A stretch of 64,000 nt of DNA, from contig NC_042998.1 of NCBI RefSeq assembly GCF_006345805.1, positions 93,248,001-93,312,000 on the forward strand, given 5' to 3'. The position numbers were made by a program, and so were the translations under genes. The notes beneath the pieces are model-generated. The model searched no databases and was not told the origin of the DNA. It saw only the letters and a list, made by a program, of their open reading frames with translations. Shown here piece after piece: positions 37,030 to 50,065 of this stretch; positions within the stretch are counted from its first letter, which is position 1, and the number at the start of each line of letters is the position of its first letter. This stretch comes from Octopus sinensis. Its lineage: Eukaryota.

Positions 37030-38652
37030 ATGGGTTTCTTTAGGTTTTTCTCTGTCAGAGACTCCCGAGTGAAGAATGTACCCCCCCCCACCCACCCTCC
37101 ACATAGACTAGTCATTAGTGACTTTAAACTCGAGGCCAGAAGGATGCCAAGAAGCAGACCAATTCAAAAAGAAGGAATTGGAAGCTAAAGAACCCTTCAC
37201 ATGGTCAGAAATTTAGGGACATCCTCATCAAGAAATTTAATGAGAGGGAAGAGGAACTACAAACCTCGGACATAGAGGGTAGCTGGAAAAGGTGTAGGCA
37301 GAATCACACACACTGCCTGCACACACTCACACTGGGACAATAACAAAATGTATGTGGAAAACTATAAGAGGCGAAATGTATGATAGCACAAGGAAATAAT
37401 TTTTATTCGTAGTAATGGAATAACATTGTTAATTTGTATTATGACAGCAATGTAAGGTGTAGGTAGAAACTCCATAAGATGTACCCAGTGTTAGCTATGG
37501 ACACGTAAGAGGTGCAGCAACATCAAAGGAAGATTAACTGGGAAGATAACTTTCATGTGCGGCAGATGCACAGGGGCAATAAACACCACAGATTCTCAGA
37601 AAACAGATTCCATCACATGCCAGGGTGAGAAACTAGTAGTTGATAGCTTCTAATACCTGGGTGACCAAGTCTGTAGTGGGGGTGGCTGCTCAGAGAGTGC
37701 TACAACTAGAATAAGAATAGCCTGGACAAAGTTCAGAAAGCTTCTACCCCTACTGACAACAAAGGGCTTCTCACTCAGAGCGAAAGGTAGATTATACAAT
37801 GCATGTATGCAAACTGCCGTGCTTCACAACAGTGAAACGTGGGCCGTGCCTGCTGACGACATGCGTAGGCTTGAAAGAAATGAAGGTAGCATGATCCGCT
37901 GAATGTGTAATGTCAGTGTGCATGTACGACAGAGTGTAAGCACCCTGAAAGAAAAGTTGGGCATAAGAAGCAGCAAATGTGGTGTGCAAGAGAGACAACT
38001 GCACTGGTATTGTTATGTGTTATGTATAAGGACAGGTGTGTAAGAAAGTGCCACTCCCTAACTGCAAAAGGAACCTGTAGAAGAGGTAGACCCAGGAAGA
38101 CATGAGATAAGGTGGTGAAGCATGACCTTTGAACAGTGGGCCTCACAAAGGCAATGACAGGAGACTGGGACCTTTGGAAATACGCTGTGATTGAGAAGAC
38201 CCAACCACATTCTGCCCTGTTAAAAGTACTCCTGATGCATTGGGCAATATGATATGCTTGAGAAGACCTGTTGAGTCAAGTAAAACCAATATCGTAGCTG
38301 GGGCCCATGCCCTCTGGCTGGCTCCCATGCTGATGGTTGAAGCCAGGTTCGCCTGTAAAAAACATTGATGTCACAACCCTGCTGACTGGCTCCTGTGCCG
38401 GTGACACTTAAAAAGCACTACCTGAATGTGTTCATTGCCAGGCCCGCTTTACTGGCTTCGGTGTGGGTGGCCTGTAAAAAGCATCCACTATGCTCTTGGA
38501 GTGGTTGGCATTAGGAAGGGCATCCAGCTGTAGAAACTTTGCCAGACCAGACTGGAGCCTGGTGCAGCCGCTGGCTCTCCAGATCTCAGTCAAACTATCT
38601 AACCCATGCCAGCATGGAAAATGGACGTTAATCAATGATGATGATGATGATG
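37030..38652 (+). mobile_element. RTE LINE pieces: endonuclease-end fragment (about 37030-37320), about 130 bp of foreign sequence, then PHD to C-terminus to 3' tail (37455-38652)
   Basis: PHRLVISDFKLEARRMPR; CTQC.LWTRKRCSNIKGRL; HNSETWAV; (GAT)n end. Confidence 0.85.
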
Positions 38653-39789
38653 AAATCCACTCACAGGGCTTTGGCTGGCCTGAGGCTATAGTAGAAGACA
38701 TTTGCCCAAAGTTCCTTGAAACATAGAATGTATTTCAAGGGTTCTCCAAAAGCGAAGCAGTTGGAGAATGTTGCTTTATACTGTCATTTTGATTAGTTAG
38801 TCATTAACATAGTTAATTATATATGGGAACTAACTTAGATATTTTTGACAGAAATATTTTTGTAGCGTACACAACCACTATGGTAAAAGTTTCAATCATG
38901 AAAGAAAATTTACTACCAAAATTTGATGTTTTTAGTTTACATTTGCATTCTTGTTAGTAACATTGAATATAATGCAAAGGAAACATGTGGCATTCAGCTT
39001 GCTAGCTCTCACATTCATGTATTCTCTCAGCTTTATGCTGTTTGGCCTTTAATTCTCCTATACAGCAAGACATTAAAGACAAACCATACCACATTAACAG
39101 ATATTACATGTCAATAGTTTTAATTCTAAGATTAATAACTACATAACCTGAATCTTCTTTTAATATATATACTGAGAGATTACTGTTTTCATTTCTTCTA
39201 CCAATTAAAAAATATTTGGAAAAGAAAATTTCTTCAATTGATTTGAAAAGACAGTAAATTGAAATGAAAATTGTACTTATTAAATCTATGTAAAATTATG
39301 CTTTTTCTAAAACAATTTCTTCTTTCATTTTTTTAAAAAAATATTTATTTCCATTTCAAAGTGGTCTTTGTTTAAGAAATCAATTAAATATTTTTTAGAG
39401 TGATACACTAGGGTAACTTAGAGAGATACAAAATTTAGAGAGCATGCACATGTCTTTATTTTGTTCCTTGTTTACTGATTCTTTTTTTCTTCTTCCTTTT
39501 TATTGCAATTTTCTTATCAGTCACTTTTTACTGAACCACTAAATTATAAGAACATAAACAACCCAACACTGGTTGTCAAGTGGTAGTGAAGGACACACAC
39601 ACACACACAACGGGTTTCTTTCAGTTACCGTCAACCAAATCCACTCACAAGGCTTTGGTCAACCTAAGGCTATAGTAGAAGATATTTGCCCATGGTGCCA
39701 TGCAGTGGAACTGAACCTAGAATAATGTGGTTGGGAAGCAAACCTCTTACCACACAGTCATACCTGTAGTGTGCCAACAGATGGCAGCA

Positions 39790-40015
39790 CATAGTTGTGT
39801 GCACAGTGAGAGCTAGCAGTGATCTTCATGAGGCAGTGTTTACTTTGCAATTTGTGAAATTTGTGTTTTTGTGATTACGTCTATGCTGTGGTCTGTGATT
39901 TTGTCATGGACAAGAACAAAGACCCAACATGAACTTTGGCTTTAAACTTGGGATGTCTGCTGCAGAGACATTGAGCATGCTTTGGCAAGCTTACAGCAAC
40001 AAGGCAATGGGTTGT
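39790..40015 (+). mobile_element. Mariner 5' remnant
   Basis: From about 39907: ..EQRPNMNFGFKLGMSAAETLSMLWQAYSNKAM (one indel), a mariner N-terminus. Confidence 0.7.
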
Positions 40016-40064
40016 ATATGAATACATTAATATTGGTTTCAAACCGGGCATAAAGCTCAGCAAT

Positions 40065-40420
40065 TTTAGGGGTTGGGGTAAGTTGATTACCTCAGTGTTT
40101 AACTGCAACTCCAAAAGGATGAAATGCAAAAATCAATCATGGCCAAAATTGAACTCAGAATGTAGAGACAGATGAAATACCTATTTCTTTACTGCCCACA
40201 AGGGTCTAAACATAGAGGGGACAAACAAGGAAAGACATAGATATTAAGTCCATTACAACGACCCCAGTGCGTAACTGGTACTTAATTTATCGACCTCGAA
40301 AGGATGAAAGGCAAAGTCGACCTCGGCGGAATTTGAACTCAGAACGCAGCGACGGATGAAATACCACTAAACATTTTCTCTGGCAAGCTAACGATTCTGT
40401 CATCTTACTGTCCTATGCCT
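40065..40420 (-). mobile_element. Two family A SINEs, nested or adjacent
   Basis: Two cores with a GAAATACC junction at about 40180. Confidence 0.7.
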
Positions 40421-42854
40421 ACTGTAATATTATTGATATATTACTAGAATGAATATTTTATGGTATTGTAATATTATTGATGTATTGAACTAAGAATAGT
40501 GTACAGCTGTGTCATGCTGCATTCTCATTCATCAAAGTGGCAACAGAGTCCAATATATTACTAAAATTAATATTTTATGGGTTTGATTATTATTGATATA
40601 TCATTAAAATAAATATTTTACGAGTGCTAAAATATTATTGATATATTACAAAATTAACTATTTTATTATTTTATAATTATTATTTTATTTTCTTAATTTC
40701 TTATTTTCTTTTATTTTTCTATCATTCCATTCTTAGATTTTTTTCCAGCAACAGTTAATAACTTAAGAATCATTTTAATGTACAACAGTCTTACTCAGTG
40801 ATTCACAAACTTTTCTGTACTGTAAGCCCCTAAGAAATTTTTACATCCCTTCCAAAGGTAATAATATATATGAAGAAGAAAAAAACAATTTTCTAATAAG
40901 TTACTTATTCATTTTTTAAAGGTGGAATTGTAAGAAGATAAAGCTGTAAATAATGGCATTTAATCCTTTAGCATTTAAACTGGCCATATCTGGCCCAGAT
41001 ATTCTCCTTGTTTTATGCTCAAACCAGCCAAATTTGCTTCTCACACCTACCCTACAATGTCATTCTGAAAATAAACAATCACATCATCAAAATCTGAAGG
41101 CTACAAGATAATGCATAATTAATCTAAAACAATGTGAATGAATAAGTCTTACATCTGACAGAAAATCCTGAATACCAAAGGATTAAATATTGGGTTAAGA
41201 TTCCCAATATTTACATGCTATTATTTATAGTTTTATCAAATTCAAGTTCCTCTATTAAAAACAAATTATTTCATGTCCCTCATTTAGATATTTCATGGCT
41301 AAATTCTTATGATGTAAAGTATTTCGTTATTATTTTTACCAAAATTATATTGTACGTCCTACTGTGGAATAATAAAGTTCTTGGTGTGCTTAATAGAATA
41401 AAATAAGTTAAAACTGAAAAGGAAAAATTGTGGCACTACAGGACTTTTGGAAATATTCTTTTATGTTTAGATGTATTGCAACATGGAATAAATTAATTGT
41501 TAACTGTCAGAACACTGCATTTTTCCAAGATTCCTTGCTTCCTGAAATTTGTCGCCAAAACTCCTGACATGCCTATGTACCCCTTCCTCTTCATAACTCT
41601 TCTATTGTTCGCTTTTCTGTCCGTTTATGTCTTATTCTGTGTATTGTGTATGTACTTTTGGCTATCATAGCTGCCTTAATTTCTTTGACTTATTCCTGCT
41701 GCCTGTCCCCATTTCCCACCGTTTCATATGAATTGTAGTGCCCCTGAAAGCTGTATACAAGAAACTCAATGCTATTATTATTATTAGTCTTATTCTGAAA
41801 TTTGATTTTGATAAAATGTAAACGTAACAGGTTAGCGTAATTAACATCTCGTAAATTGGTCTCTCTAAACAGTTATGTTAATTTTTTTTTATGTTACTGT
41901 TGTTCTGCTCGGAAAACAAGTAATGAACTAATTGCGGATCTTTTCGGCTTGAACGTCAGTTTTTAACATAATTTCTAGGTAACTAAAAAAGTTTAAACTT
42001 CGTATACTGGTAGAATGTGTTTATAAAACATCATTTTCTCTTGGCTTCCTTGAGAAAATTCTGTAGTTTGTAACATATTTCGTCTTTAATTTCTTGCATT
42101 TCGGCAATTTAGAAAATGTTTCAGACATCTAAGAAGCAATTTATTTTGAAAATAAACAAATAAAATAAATAGATATATAAATAAAGCTGAAATTCACGTT
42201 CATTGGATTCGTTTAAAGGGAAGTAACTCTTGTTTACAAACTTGAGTTATTTCCCTTTAATCGTATTACAATTTTGTTAGTGAAATGCTAGATGGTGACT
42301 AACGTTTGAGTTATTGAAATTGATCTCAGATTGTTGTTGCTTCGCGTCCCCTACAGACGTGTCCTTCCCATACAAAAAGCACAATCATAATTCTAATAAA
42401 CAAAAGGTAATTTTTATTCAGTTATTTCTCACGTATATTTAATATTAGTTTAGTATAGAAAGACAAAAGGGTAACGCCGTTCGAAGGAGAGGTTGAGAAG
42501 GTGAAAGAGGAGAATGAAATATTGTATCAGAATAAAAACAGGGGACTCCAAGCTAAGTTACGAGGGATTAAGAGAAGTTAATAGAAGTCAAAAGCACTTA
42601 TGTACAAGATAGGATAAAATGAAAAAGTAACAACTGAGAAAATGAAAACGAAAAAAAAAAAAATGGAAAAATGAGACATGGTTTTTAATAGATTGTATAA
42701 ACCTCAAAACACTCGAAGGAAAAGTATTTGGAACAATACAGAAAATACCAAAAAGTTTCAAAAAATCCCCAACTATTCTCAGAGAATTCTTCACGAATCA
42801 CGGAAATTTTTTATTTAAACCATCAGAGTCATGAAGTTATAGAATTTCAAAGTG

Positions 42855-43039
42855 CTGGGAAGTATTCTTTGCAAGCCTAATACTTATTCTATCGGTCTCT
42901 TCTGCCGAACCACTAGGTTACGGAGACGTAAATACACCAACATCGGTTGTCAAGCGATGGTGGGGGCGGGGGTACAAACACAGACACACAAACACACACA
43001 CACACACAGACTCACAGATATATATATATATATATATAT

Positions 43040-43119
<80 letters not shown>

Positions 43120-43290
43120 CCATATATACGACGGGCTTCTTTCAGTTTCCGTCTACCAAATCCCCTCACAAGACTTTGGTCAGCCCGATGCTATAGTAGA
43201 AGACACTTGCCCAAGATGCCACGCAGTGGGACTGAACCCAGAACCATGTGGTTGATAAGCACGCTACTTACCACACAGCCACTCCTGCGT
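42855..43290 (-). mobile_element. SINE family B, young (CpG-retaining) copy
   Basis: Complete tail, microsatellite, core and head. Confidence 0.88.
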
Positions 43291-43879
43291 CTGTGTTCGT
43301 CTTTTTTTTTTTTTTTTTTGATATTTTCACAAGCTACAACTCTTTTTGTTAAATGTTTATAAAAATTATTTAAGAAAGCAAAGATTTACAAAAAGGAAAT
43401 GATTTTGGATCTTCTCACGTCATCAGTTACGTTACTGTTTACTGATGGCACAACGTTGTATTAATGATACTGGTTTGTCAGATAATCTTTATTGTTTTGT
43501 TTTTTTTTTCCTTTTAAACATTTGTTTCAAAAGTTTAACAAATGGGCCAATATTAAACACGTCTTGAGGGCAGCAAGTTGGCAGAATCATTAACACACCG
43601 TCCAAAATGCTTAGTGGCATTCATCCTGCTTAATGTTCTGAGTTCAGATTCCAACGAGGTTGACTTTGCTTTTCACCCTTTCAGAATCGATGAACATTAG
43701 GGGTTGATGTAATCGACTTACCCTCTCCTACAAAATTGCTTTCCTTTTGCCAAAAGTAGAAATCAGTATTATATTTTCTTTCATTTTTCATTTCTTGCCA
43801 ACGTTCCTTTAGCCAATTCTTTGACTGATTTGTTAAAATTGTTGACGGAAAATAAGGAGTAAAATAGATCTTTTATCTT

Positions 43880-44104
43880 TTGTTTCAGTCAATAGACTGC
43901 AGCCATGCTGTGGCATCACCTTGAAGAATTTCAGCCAAAGAAATCAAACCTTGTACTTATTTATTTTAGAAAGCCTTTTTCTTATTTTATCAGTTTATTT
44001 ATTTTAATTTTTTTTTGCTGAACTGATAAGTTAAGAAGATGTAAACACACCAACGATGGCTGTCAAGCAGTGGTGGGAACGAAAACTAAGACGGGCACAC
44101 ATGC

Positions 44105-44183
<79 letters not shown>
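43880..44183 (-). mobile_element. SINE family B, 3' half; the 5' half continues at 50066-50260 after the LTR element
   Basis: Tail and microsatellite left of the LTR element; microsatellite, core and head right of it. Confidence 0.8.
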
Positions 44184-44184
<1 letters not shown>

Positions 44185-44768
44185 GTAAGAATTAGCACTT
44201 CCTTCTCAAAGCTTGGATTCGAAATCAGACCCAAGAATCATTGGTCGTAAAATACCAATGCACAAAAAGGCGCGAAATCAGAATCTCTTTGTTCTGACAA
44301 AAAATGATGGATCGTCTCCCTTCGATCTCTGACCCGAGCAGGTCAGGCGAAGTTTAACAGGACGACCAGCGACTTACTGTACGCAATAACACTCTTGCGG
44401 TATATCTATTTTTCTGGCTATTTGAGATGTTATAAATAGAACGGAGAAATAGGTATCTGGAGAGAACCCGAACCAACGTTTAAGAGAACGACACGCATTT
44501 ATGAGGACGACGAAAGAATAATCAGAAAGGTGACTCTGTCATGCATGATTTACACACACGCACACACACGCACCATCAAACATATTCTGCTTTAATGTGT
44601 ATCCTGTATTATGCATTCCTTTAATATGTATTATTTGCAACCACTATTTAATATGCATTTTGTACAAGCGATGTGTAACATTGCTTACAAATTGATGTAG
44701 TGATAATAAATCTTTAATTTATTACAAAGCACTTATGTATTTATTAATACATCCACGCATCCACTACA
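44184..44768 (+). repeat. 5' LTR (585 bp)
   Basis: TGTAAGA...ACTACA; TATAAATA at 44431-44438; AATAAA at 44705-44710. Confidence 0.97.
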
Positions 44769-44770
44769 TT

Positions 44771-44781
44771 TGGTGACCCCG
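44771..44781 (+). promoter_or_regulatory. Primer-binding site complementary to the tRNA-Trp 3' end
   Basis: TGGTGACCCCG, 2 nt after the LTR; eukaryotic tRNA-Trp ends ..CGGGGTCACCA. Confidence 0.85.
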
Positions 44782-44886
44782 TAAAACGAATCGCGCCTTC
44801 CCTGGAACCAGCTTCATCAACCGCGTCGAAGAATTACAGTTTGCACATCACCAGCAACGAAGCAACTGAAAATTCCGACAAAAACA

Positions 44887-45762
44887 ATGAATCTCCCGGA
44901 ACAAAACCCAGCGGCCAACATCGACATGGCATTCCAAGCGGCGATCTCGTTAAAAATTCCACCATTCTGGACCCACGACCCGACATTGTGGTTTCACCAT
45001 ATAGAGGCACAGTTTGCCTCTCACAGAATATCGAGCGATGCGGCTCGACTTTCTCACGTTATCAGTTCTCTGTCACCAGAAATAACGAACGTGATACGCG
45101 ACCTTATCATGGCACCACCCGGTTCTGTTTCATATGAAGTTTTTAAAACCACGTTAATAAACAGAACCTCAGAATCCCAACAAAAAAGACTTCACCAGCT
45201 TCTGATATCGGAAGAATTGGGTGACAAAACGCCGTCCCAGCTTCTTCGGAGAATGAAACAGCTTCTCGGAGATGAGACGCTCCCAGAAAAAATCTTCAAG
45301 CAACTTTTTCTCCAGCGTCTGCCCTCCAATACCCAGGTTGTTCTCGCGTCCACCAGAGAAAACACATCCCTTGAAGAACTTGCGGAGCTAGCTGACAAAA
45401 TAGCCGAAGTACCGCACAGATATCCAACGGTATCGACGGTGACGCCAGCCGCTCCCAGTACCAATCCTTTCCGTGCACAAACCAGTTCTTCAGAGATTTC
45501 GGATTTGCGTGCATTAATGACGCAGCAAGCTGCGCAAATACAAATTCTCACAGCCCAAATACAAGCCCTAAAGTTTAGTCCCCAGCGTCGAAGCACCAGC
45601 CGATCTCGACGAGATGGCAGACGGTCTCGAAGCCCCAGTGCTACCCGAAACTCACATGACACGTGTTGGTACCACCGAACATTCGGAACACGGGCACAAA
45701 AATGTACGGTACCGTGCTCGTTTTCCTCACCCAGTTCGGGAAACGGCACAGCCAGGAATTGA
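44887..45762 (+). CDS. gag: Gag (291 aa) with a CHCC knuckle
   Basis: [20 protein letters not shown]; [14 protein letters not shown]; [18 protein letters not shown] = C-x2-H-x9-C-x3-C. Confidence 0.95.
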   Translation: MNLPEQNPAANIDMAFQAAISLKIPPFWTHDPTLWFHHIEAQFASHRISSDAARLSHVISSLSPEITNVIRDLIMAPPGSVSYEVFKTTLINRTSESQQKRLHQLLISEELGDKTPSQLLRRMKQLLGDETLPEKIFKQLFLQRLPSNTQVVLASTRENTSLEELAELADKIAEVPHRYPTVSTVTPAAPSTNPFRAQTSSSEISDLRALMTQQAAQIQILTAQIQALKFSPQRRSTSRSRRDGRRSRSPSATRNSHDTCWYHRTFGTRAQKCTVPCSFSSPSSGNGTARN

Positions 45763-45800
45763 ACGCGACGGAAATTCCTGGTTCGCACCCACACAGTCGC
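45738..45800 (+). promoter_or_regulatory. -1 programmed ribosomal frameshift signal (slippery heptamer plus predicted H-type pseudoknot)
   Basis: G GGA AAC in the gag frame (45738-45744), 7-nt spacer, stem CCAGGAATT/AATTCCTGG, loop GCGAC pairing with GTCGC at 45796-45800; pol is in the -1 frame. Confidence 0.85.
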
Positions 45801-48800
45801 CTGTTTTTCGTTTGCGATCGTGTAACAGGCACGCGTTTCCTGGTTGACACAGGTGCGGAAGTCAGCATCATCCCAGTCTCCAACACTTCTGGAAAAAGAA
45901 AAGAGACATCAGTCTGTCTTCAGGCAGTCAACCATTCACCCATTCCAACCTACGGTGAACAGTCCCTAACATTAAACATAGGACTACGCCGCACATTTCA
46001 GTGGGTATTCGTCGTCGCTAAACTGCCGACCCCTATCTTAGGAGCCGATTTCCTGCATCATTTCGGTCTCCTGGTAGACATAAAGAACAGACGACTTGTC
46101 GACACCACCACCAAGCTTACTGTGCGCGGTATAGCCGCTCGAATGGACACAGTCAGCCCAACTGTAATGCTTACGACAACGACTCGTCACAGTTCCATCC
46201 TGAATGATTATCCAGATGTCGCCCGGCCAGTTTTTCATAACCAGCCGATAAAGCACGACGTTACCCACCACATCAAAACCAGCGGTCCACCTGTTGCTGC
46301 AAGGCCCAGAAGGTTACCACCTGATCGTCTCCAGGCCGTCAAGCGGGAATTCCAGCACATGCTCGACCTCGGAATCATCCGCGTTTCCAGCAGCAACTGG
46401 TCCTCGCCGATACACTGCGTCCCAAAAAAATCATCGACCGATTGGCGGGTTTGCGGCGATTATCGATCACTGAATAAAAGCACTATCAGTGATGCCTATC
46501 CGGTGCCTTTTCTTCAGGACTTTTCGAGCTCGCTGCATGGAGCTCGCATCTTTTCAAAAATCGACCTGGTGCGAGCATACAACCAAATCCCAGTCGAACC
46601 TGCAGACATCTCAAAGACAGCAGTGACTACACCTTTCGGAATGTTTGAATTCCTGCGTATGCCTTTCGGTTTACGAAACGCGGCACAGACATTCCAAAGG
46701 TTTATCGACATGGTGACTAGAGGTTTGCCTTTCGTCTATGCCTACATAGACGACATACTCGTGGCCAGTAACTCGGACGAAGAGCATAATCAACACCTTC
46801 ACCTGCTATTCGAACGTTTACGTAAATTCGGAATTGTTATCAACCCTACTAAATGTTTGTTCGGAGTTGCTTCCCTTCATTTTCTCGGCCATATAGTCGA
46901 TAAAAATGGAATTCGTCCCCTTCCCGAGAAAGTCAAGGCCATCGTGGATTTTCCACCACCCACATCTCTCCGCAAATTAAGGGAATATCTCGGTCTAGCG
47001 AATTTCTATCGACGGTTCGTGCCCCACCTCGCTGAAATAGCGCAACCGCTCACGGATTTGCTACGTCAGCGAACCTGCAAAAACGCAGATATAGCTCTGA
47101 CCGAAGATCAACTCGTTTCTTTCGCTGCCCTGAAAAAAGCGTTATCTAGCGCTACCATGTTGGTTTATCCAAAACCAGACGCCCCACGATGTTTACTCGT
47201 TGATGCATCCGATTCCGGAATCGGAGGTGTGCTACAACAGCTTGTTGACGGTATATGGCAACCGTTGTCTTTCTTTTCTAAGCGGTTAAAACCCGCGGAA
47301 ACCAAATACAGCACATTCAGTCGGGAATTATTGGCGGCATACCTGGCCGTTAAGCATTTCCGTCATATGCTAGAAGGTACCAATTTTGCCATATATACCG
47401 ACCACAAGCCATTAGTATACGCATTTAACACCAAACCGGATCGCCATTCGCCGAGAGAAATTCGTCACCTCGACTTCATATCGCAGTACACGACGGATAT
47501 ACGCCACATCAAAGGGGCGACCAACGTGGCAGCCGATGCACTTTCACGTGCGCAGATCAATGCTATCCACACCACGTCTACAATTGATCTGGCACGTATA
47601 GCAGCTGACCAGGAGAATGACGAAGAACTTCTAAAGCTCCGGAATTCGTCATCTCTGAAATTTCAGCATGTTCCACTACCATCATCCACAGCCCATATTT
47701 GGTGTGATATTTCCACTGGTTACCAACGCCCTTATGTACCACAGAAATATCGTCGAGAAGTTTTCTCCGCTCTACATTCTCTGTCACATCCTGGTATTCG
47801 CTCCACTCAAAAGCTAATATCGACCCGTTTTGTGTGGACCAGTATCAACAAGGATATCAGAGAATGGACCAAGTGCTGTGTTGCGTGCCAAAAAGCGAAA
47901 ATCCACCGGCACATAAAATCACCAATCGGTTCATTTTCGCAGCCCGATGCACGATTTCAGCACGTTCACATTGATATCGTTGGACCCCTGCCACCTTCGC
48001 AGAACTATTCATATTTGCTAACTTGCGTAGATAGGTTCTCGCGATGGCCCGAAGCCTGGCCCCTATCTGATATATCAGCAGAAACGGTCGCTAAAACGCT
48101 GATATCACAATGGGTTTCGCGTTTTGGCACACCCGCAACAATTACCACCGACAGAGGACGTCAGTTCGATTCCCACCTTTTCACCGAGCTGACTCGTCTC
48201 CTCGGGTGTAAACACACCCGCACTACAGCTTACCACCCTGCAGCAAATGGCATGGTGGAACGCTTTCACCGCCAACTCAAGGCATCTATAAAAGCAGCTC
48301 CAGACAGTTCTCACTGGTTGGAACATCTCCCTCTCATCCTCCTTGGAATTCGATCCACGATTAAGGAAGAACTGGGATATACTCCGGCCGAACTCGTTTA
48401 TGGCACAACACTCACCTTACCTGGGCAGATGATCGAACCTGTTTCACAAAACTTCCCTGACCCACAACAATATGTGCACCGATTACGAACATCCATGTCG
48501 CAAGTATTACCCTCAGGCCCCAGACAACAGAACGTCGTTTCACGTGTCCCAAAAGATATCAACACATGGACTCATGTCTTCGTGAGGAATGATGGGATAC
48601 CCTCTCAACTTCGACCACCATATTCCGGGCCCTACAAGGTCATCAAAAGAGAACCCAAGTATTTCGTCCTCGATATTGGAGGTAAACGAAATACGGTCTC
48701 GATTGATCGTTTAAAAAAAGCTTTCATCGAGGAGGACTTACATTCAGTCCCCTCTTTTCCTCAAACAGACTCGGCAACTCCAGCGAACACCACAGATGCT

Positions 48801-48905
48801 GCACAACCCCGACACACCAAATCAGGAAGAACAGTTCGATGGCCAGCAAGGTTTGTGCAAGTTTTTCGGGTAAGTTCTGAACTCCTAACGTATCCATCTT
48901 CCTAG
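45744..48905 (+). CDS. pol: Pol (protease, RT, RNase H, integrase with GPY/F), expected as a Gag-Pol fusion; the ORF-track start at 45663 is probably not used
   Basis: FLVDTGAE; YIDD; LVDASD..YTDHKPL; H..SH..C..C; DIVGP..TDRG..GMVERFH; RPPYSGPY; no stops. Confidence 0.96.
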   Translation, partial: RHSQELNATEIPGSHPHSRLFFVCDRVTGTRFLVDTGAEVSIIPVSNTSGKRKETSVCLQAVNHSPIPTYGEQSLTLNIGLRRTFQWVFVVAKLPTPILGADFLHHFGLLVDIKNRRLVDTTTKLTVRGIAARMDTVSPTVMLTTTTRHSSILNDYPDVARPVFHNQPIKHDVTHHIKTSGPPVAARPRRLPPDRLQAVKREFQHMLDLGIIRVSSSNWSSPIHCVPKKSSTDWRVCGDYRSLNKSTISDAYPVPFLQDFSSSLHGARIFSKIDLVRAYNQIPVEPADISKTAVTTPFGMFEFLRMPFGLRNAAQTFQRFIDMVTRGLPFVYAYIDDILVASNSDEEHNQHLHLLFERLRKFGIVINPTKCLFGVASLHFLGHIVDKNGIRPLPEKVKAIVDFPPPTSLRKLREYLGLANFYRRFVPHLAEIAQPLTDLLRQRTCKNADIALTEDQLVSFAALKKALSSATMLVYPKPDAPRCLLVDASDSGIGGVLQQLVDGIWQPLSFFSKRLKPAETKYSTFSRELLAAYLAVKHFRHMLEGTNFAIYTDHKPLVYAFNTKPDRHSPREIRHLDFISQYTTDIRHIKGATNVAADALSRAQINAIHTTSTIDLARIAADQENDEELLKLRNSSSLKFQHVPLPSSTAHIWCDISTGYQRPYVPQKYRREVFSALHSLSHPGIRSTQKLISTRFVWTSINKDIREWTKCCVACQKAKIHRHIKSPIGSFSQPDARFQHVHIDIVGPLPPSQNYSYLLTCVDRFSRWPEAWPLSDISAETVAKTLISQWVSRFGTPATITTDRGRQFDSHLFTELTRLLGCKHTRTTAYHPAANGMVERFHRQLKASIKAAPDSSHWLEHLPLILLGIRSTIKEELGYTPAELVYGTTLTLPGQMIEPVSQNFPDPQQYVHRLRTSMSQVLPSGPRQQNVVSRVPKDINTWTHVFVRNDGIPSQLRPPYSGPYKVIKREPKYFVLDIGGKRNTVSIDRLKKAFIEEDLHSVPSFPQTDSATPANTTDAAQPRHTKSGRTVRWPARFVQVFRVSSELLTYPSS

Positions 48906-49467
48906 TGAACACATAACTGCATCACCCACCCAGAGAAATCAAAGAACATTTGTGTACGTAAAGAAAAAAAAAATGAAAACAAAAACTGTCTGTATGAACT
49001 TTTACGGAACATTTCAAAATCGAACTTTGCCGATGAACATTTCTTTCATTTTTGCATGTACATATTTTTTGTTTTCTTTTCAAAATGTTTGCTTTCTCAT
49101 AAATATATTTTTTTGCTAACTGTATATCCACACACATTTACAAATCTTGTTCTCATGCGTGCTATCACTCGATTTTTTTTTTCTCCACTGAAAGATATCT
49201 TGTCTCTTTTAGACCTCTAGTAGGTCGAGTAATCAATAGACGCACATCTCTTTCAACGCGCCAACATAATTCTGCCTGGGCACATATACATATTGCCCAC
49301 CATATAGCACATACAAATTGTAAACCTTTCATCCATATTTTTATCGTTCAATGTGTAAAAAAAAAAATTTTTTTTCTACATGCACACAATCAAAAAAAAA
49401 AAAATAAAATAAAAATAATAATAATAATACATTTCCAATATCGTTCGATCTCTGTGGCTTTCTCACT

Positions 49468-49480
49468 AGAAGGGGGGTAG
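49468..49480 (+). promoter_or_regulatory. Polypurine tract
   Basis: AGAAGGGGGGTAG immediately before the 3' LTR. Confidence 0.9.
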
Positions 49481-50065
49481 TGTAAGAATTAGCACTTCCT
49501 TCTCAAAGCTTGGATTCGAAATCAGACCCAAGAATCATTGGTCGTAAAATACCAATGCACAAAAAGGCGCGAAATCAGAATCTCTTTGTTCTGACAAAAA
49601 ATGATGGATCGTCTCCCTTCGACCTCTGACCCGAGCAGGTCAGGCGAAGTTTAACAGGACGACCAGCGACCTACTGTACGCAATAACACTCTTGCGGTAT
49701 ATCTATTTTTCTGGCTATTTGAGATGTTATAAATAGAACGGAGAAATAGGTATCTGGAGAGAACCCGAACCAACGTTTAAGAGAACGACACGCATTTATG
49801 AGGACGACGAAAGAATAATCAGAAAGGTGACTCTGTCATGCATGATTTACACACACGCACACACACGCACCATCAAACATATTCTGCTTTAATGTGTATC
49901 CTGTATTATGCATTCCTTTAATATGTATTATTTGCAACCACTATTTAATATGCATTTTGTACAAGCGATGTGTAACATTGCTTACAAATTGATGTAGTGA
50001 TAATAAATCTTTAATTTATTACAAAGCACTTATGTATTTATTAATACATCCACGCATCCACTACA
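49481..50065 (+). repeat. 3' LTR (585 bp)
   Basis: Identical to the 5' LTR by eye except C at 49623 and 49671 (T at 44326 and 44374). Confidence 0.97.

Larger units (their letters stand above)
44184..50065 (+). mobile_element. Intact Ty3/Gypsy LTR retrotransposon, CsRn1/Kabuki-like (5882 bp)
   Basis: TG...CA LTRs, PBS, PPT, open gag and pol (PR-RT-RH-IN order), TATA on both flanks (TSD length ambiguous inside the TA tract). Confidence 0.97.

Noticed and set aside
41800-43500. Region relatively rich in CpG with CRE-like and E-box-like words, a possible promoter
   Set aside because: No downstream exon identified; partly explained by young repeats; short motifs occur by chance.
45192-45794. 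200-aa antisense ORF under gag (and shorter antisense ORFs under pol)
   Set aside because: No recognisable domain; expected shadow of a GC-richer coding strand.
48906-49467. Possible env or third ORF between pol and the PPT
   Set aside because: AT-rich with homopolymers, no + strand ORF, no signal peptide or TM pattern.
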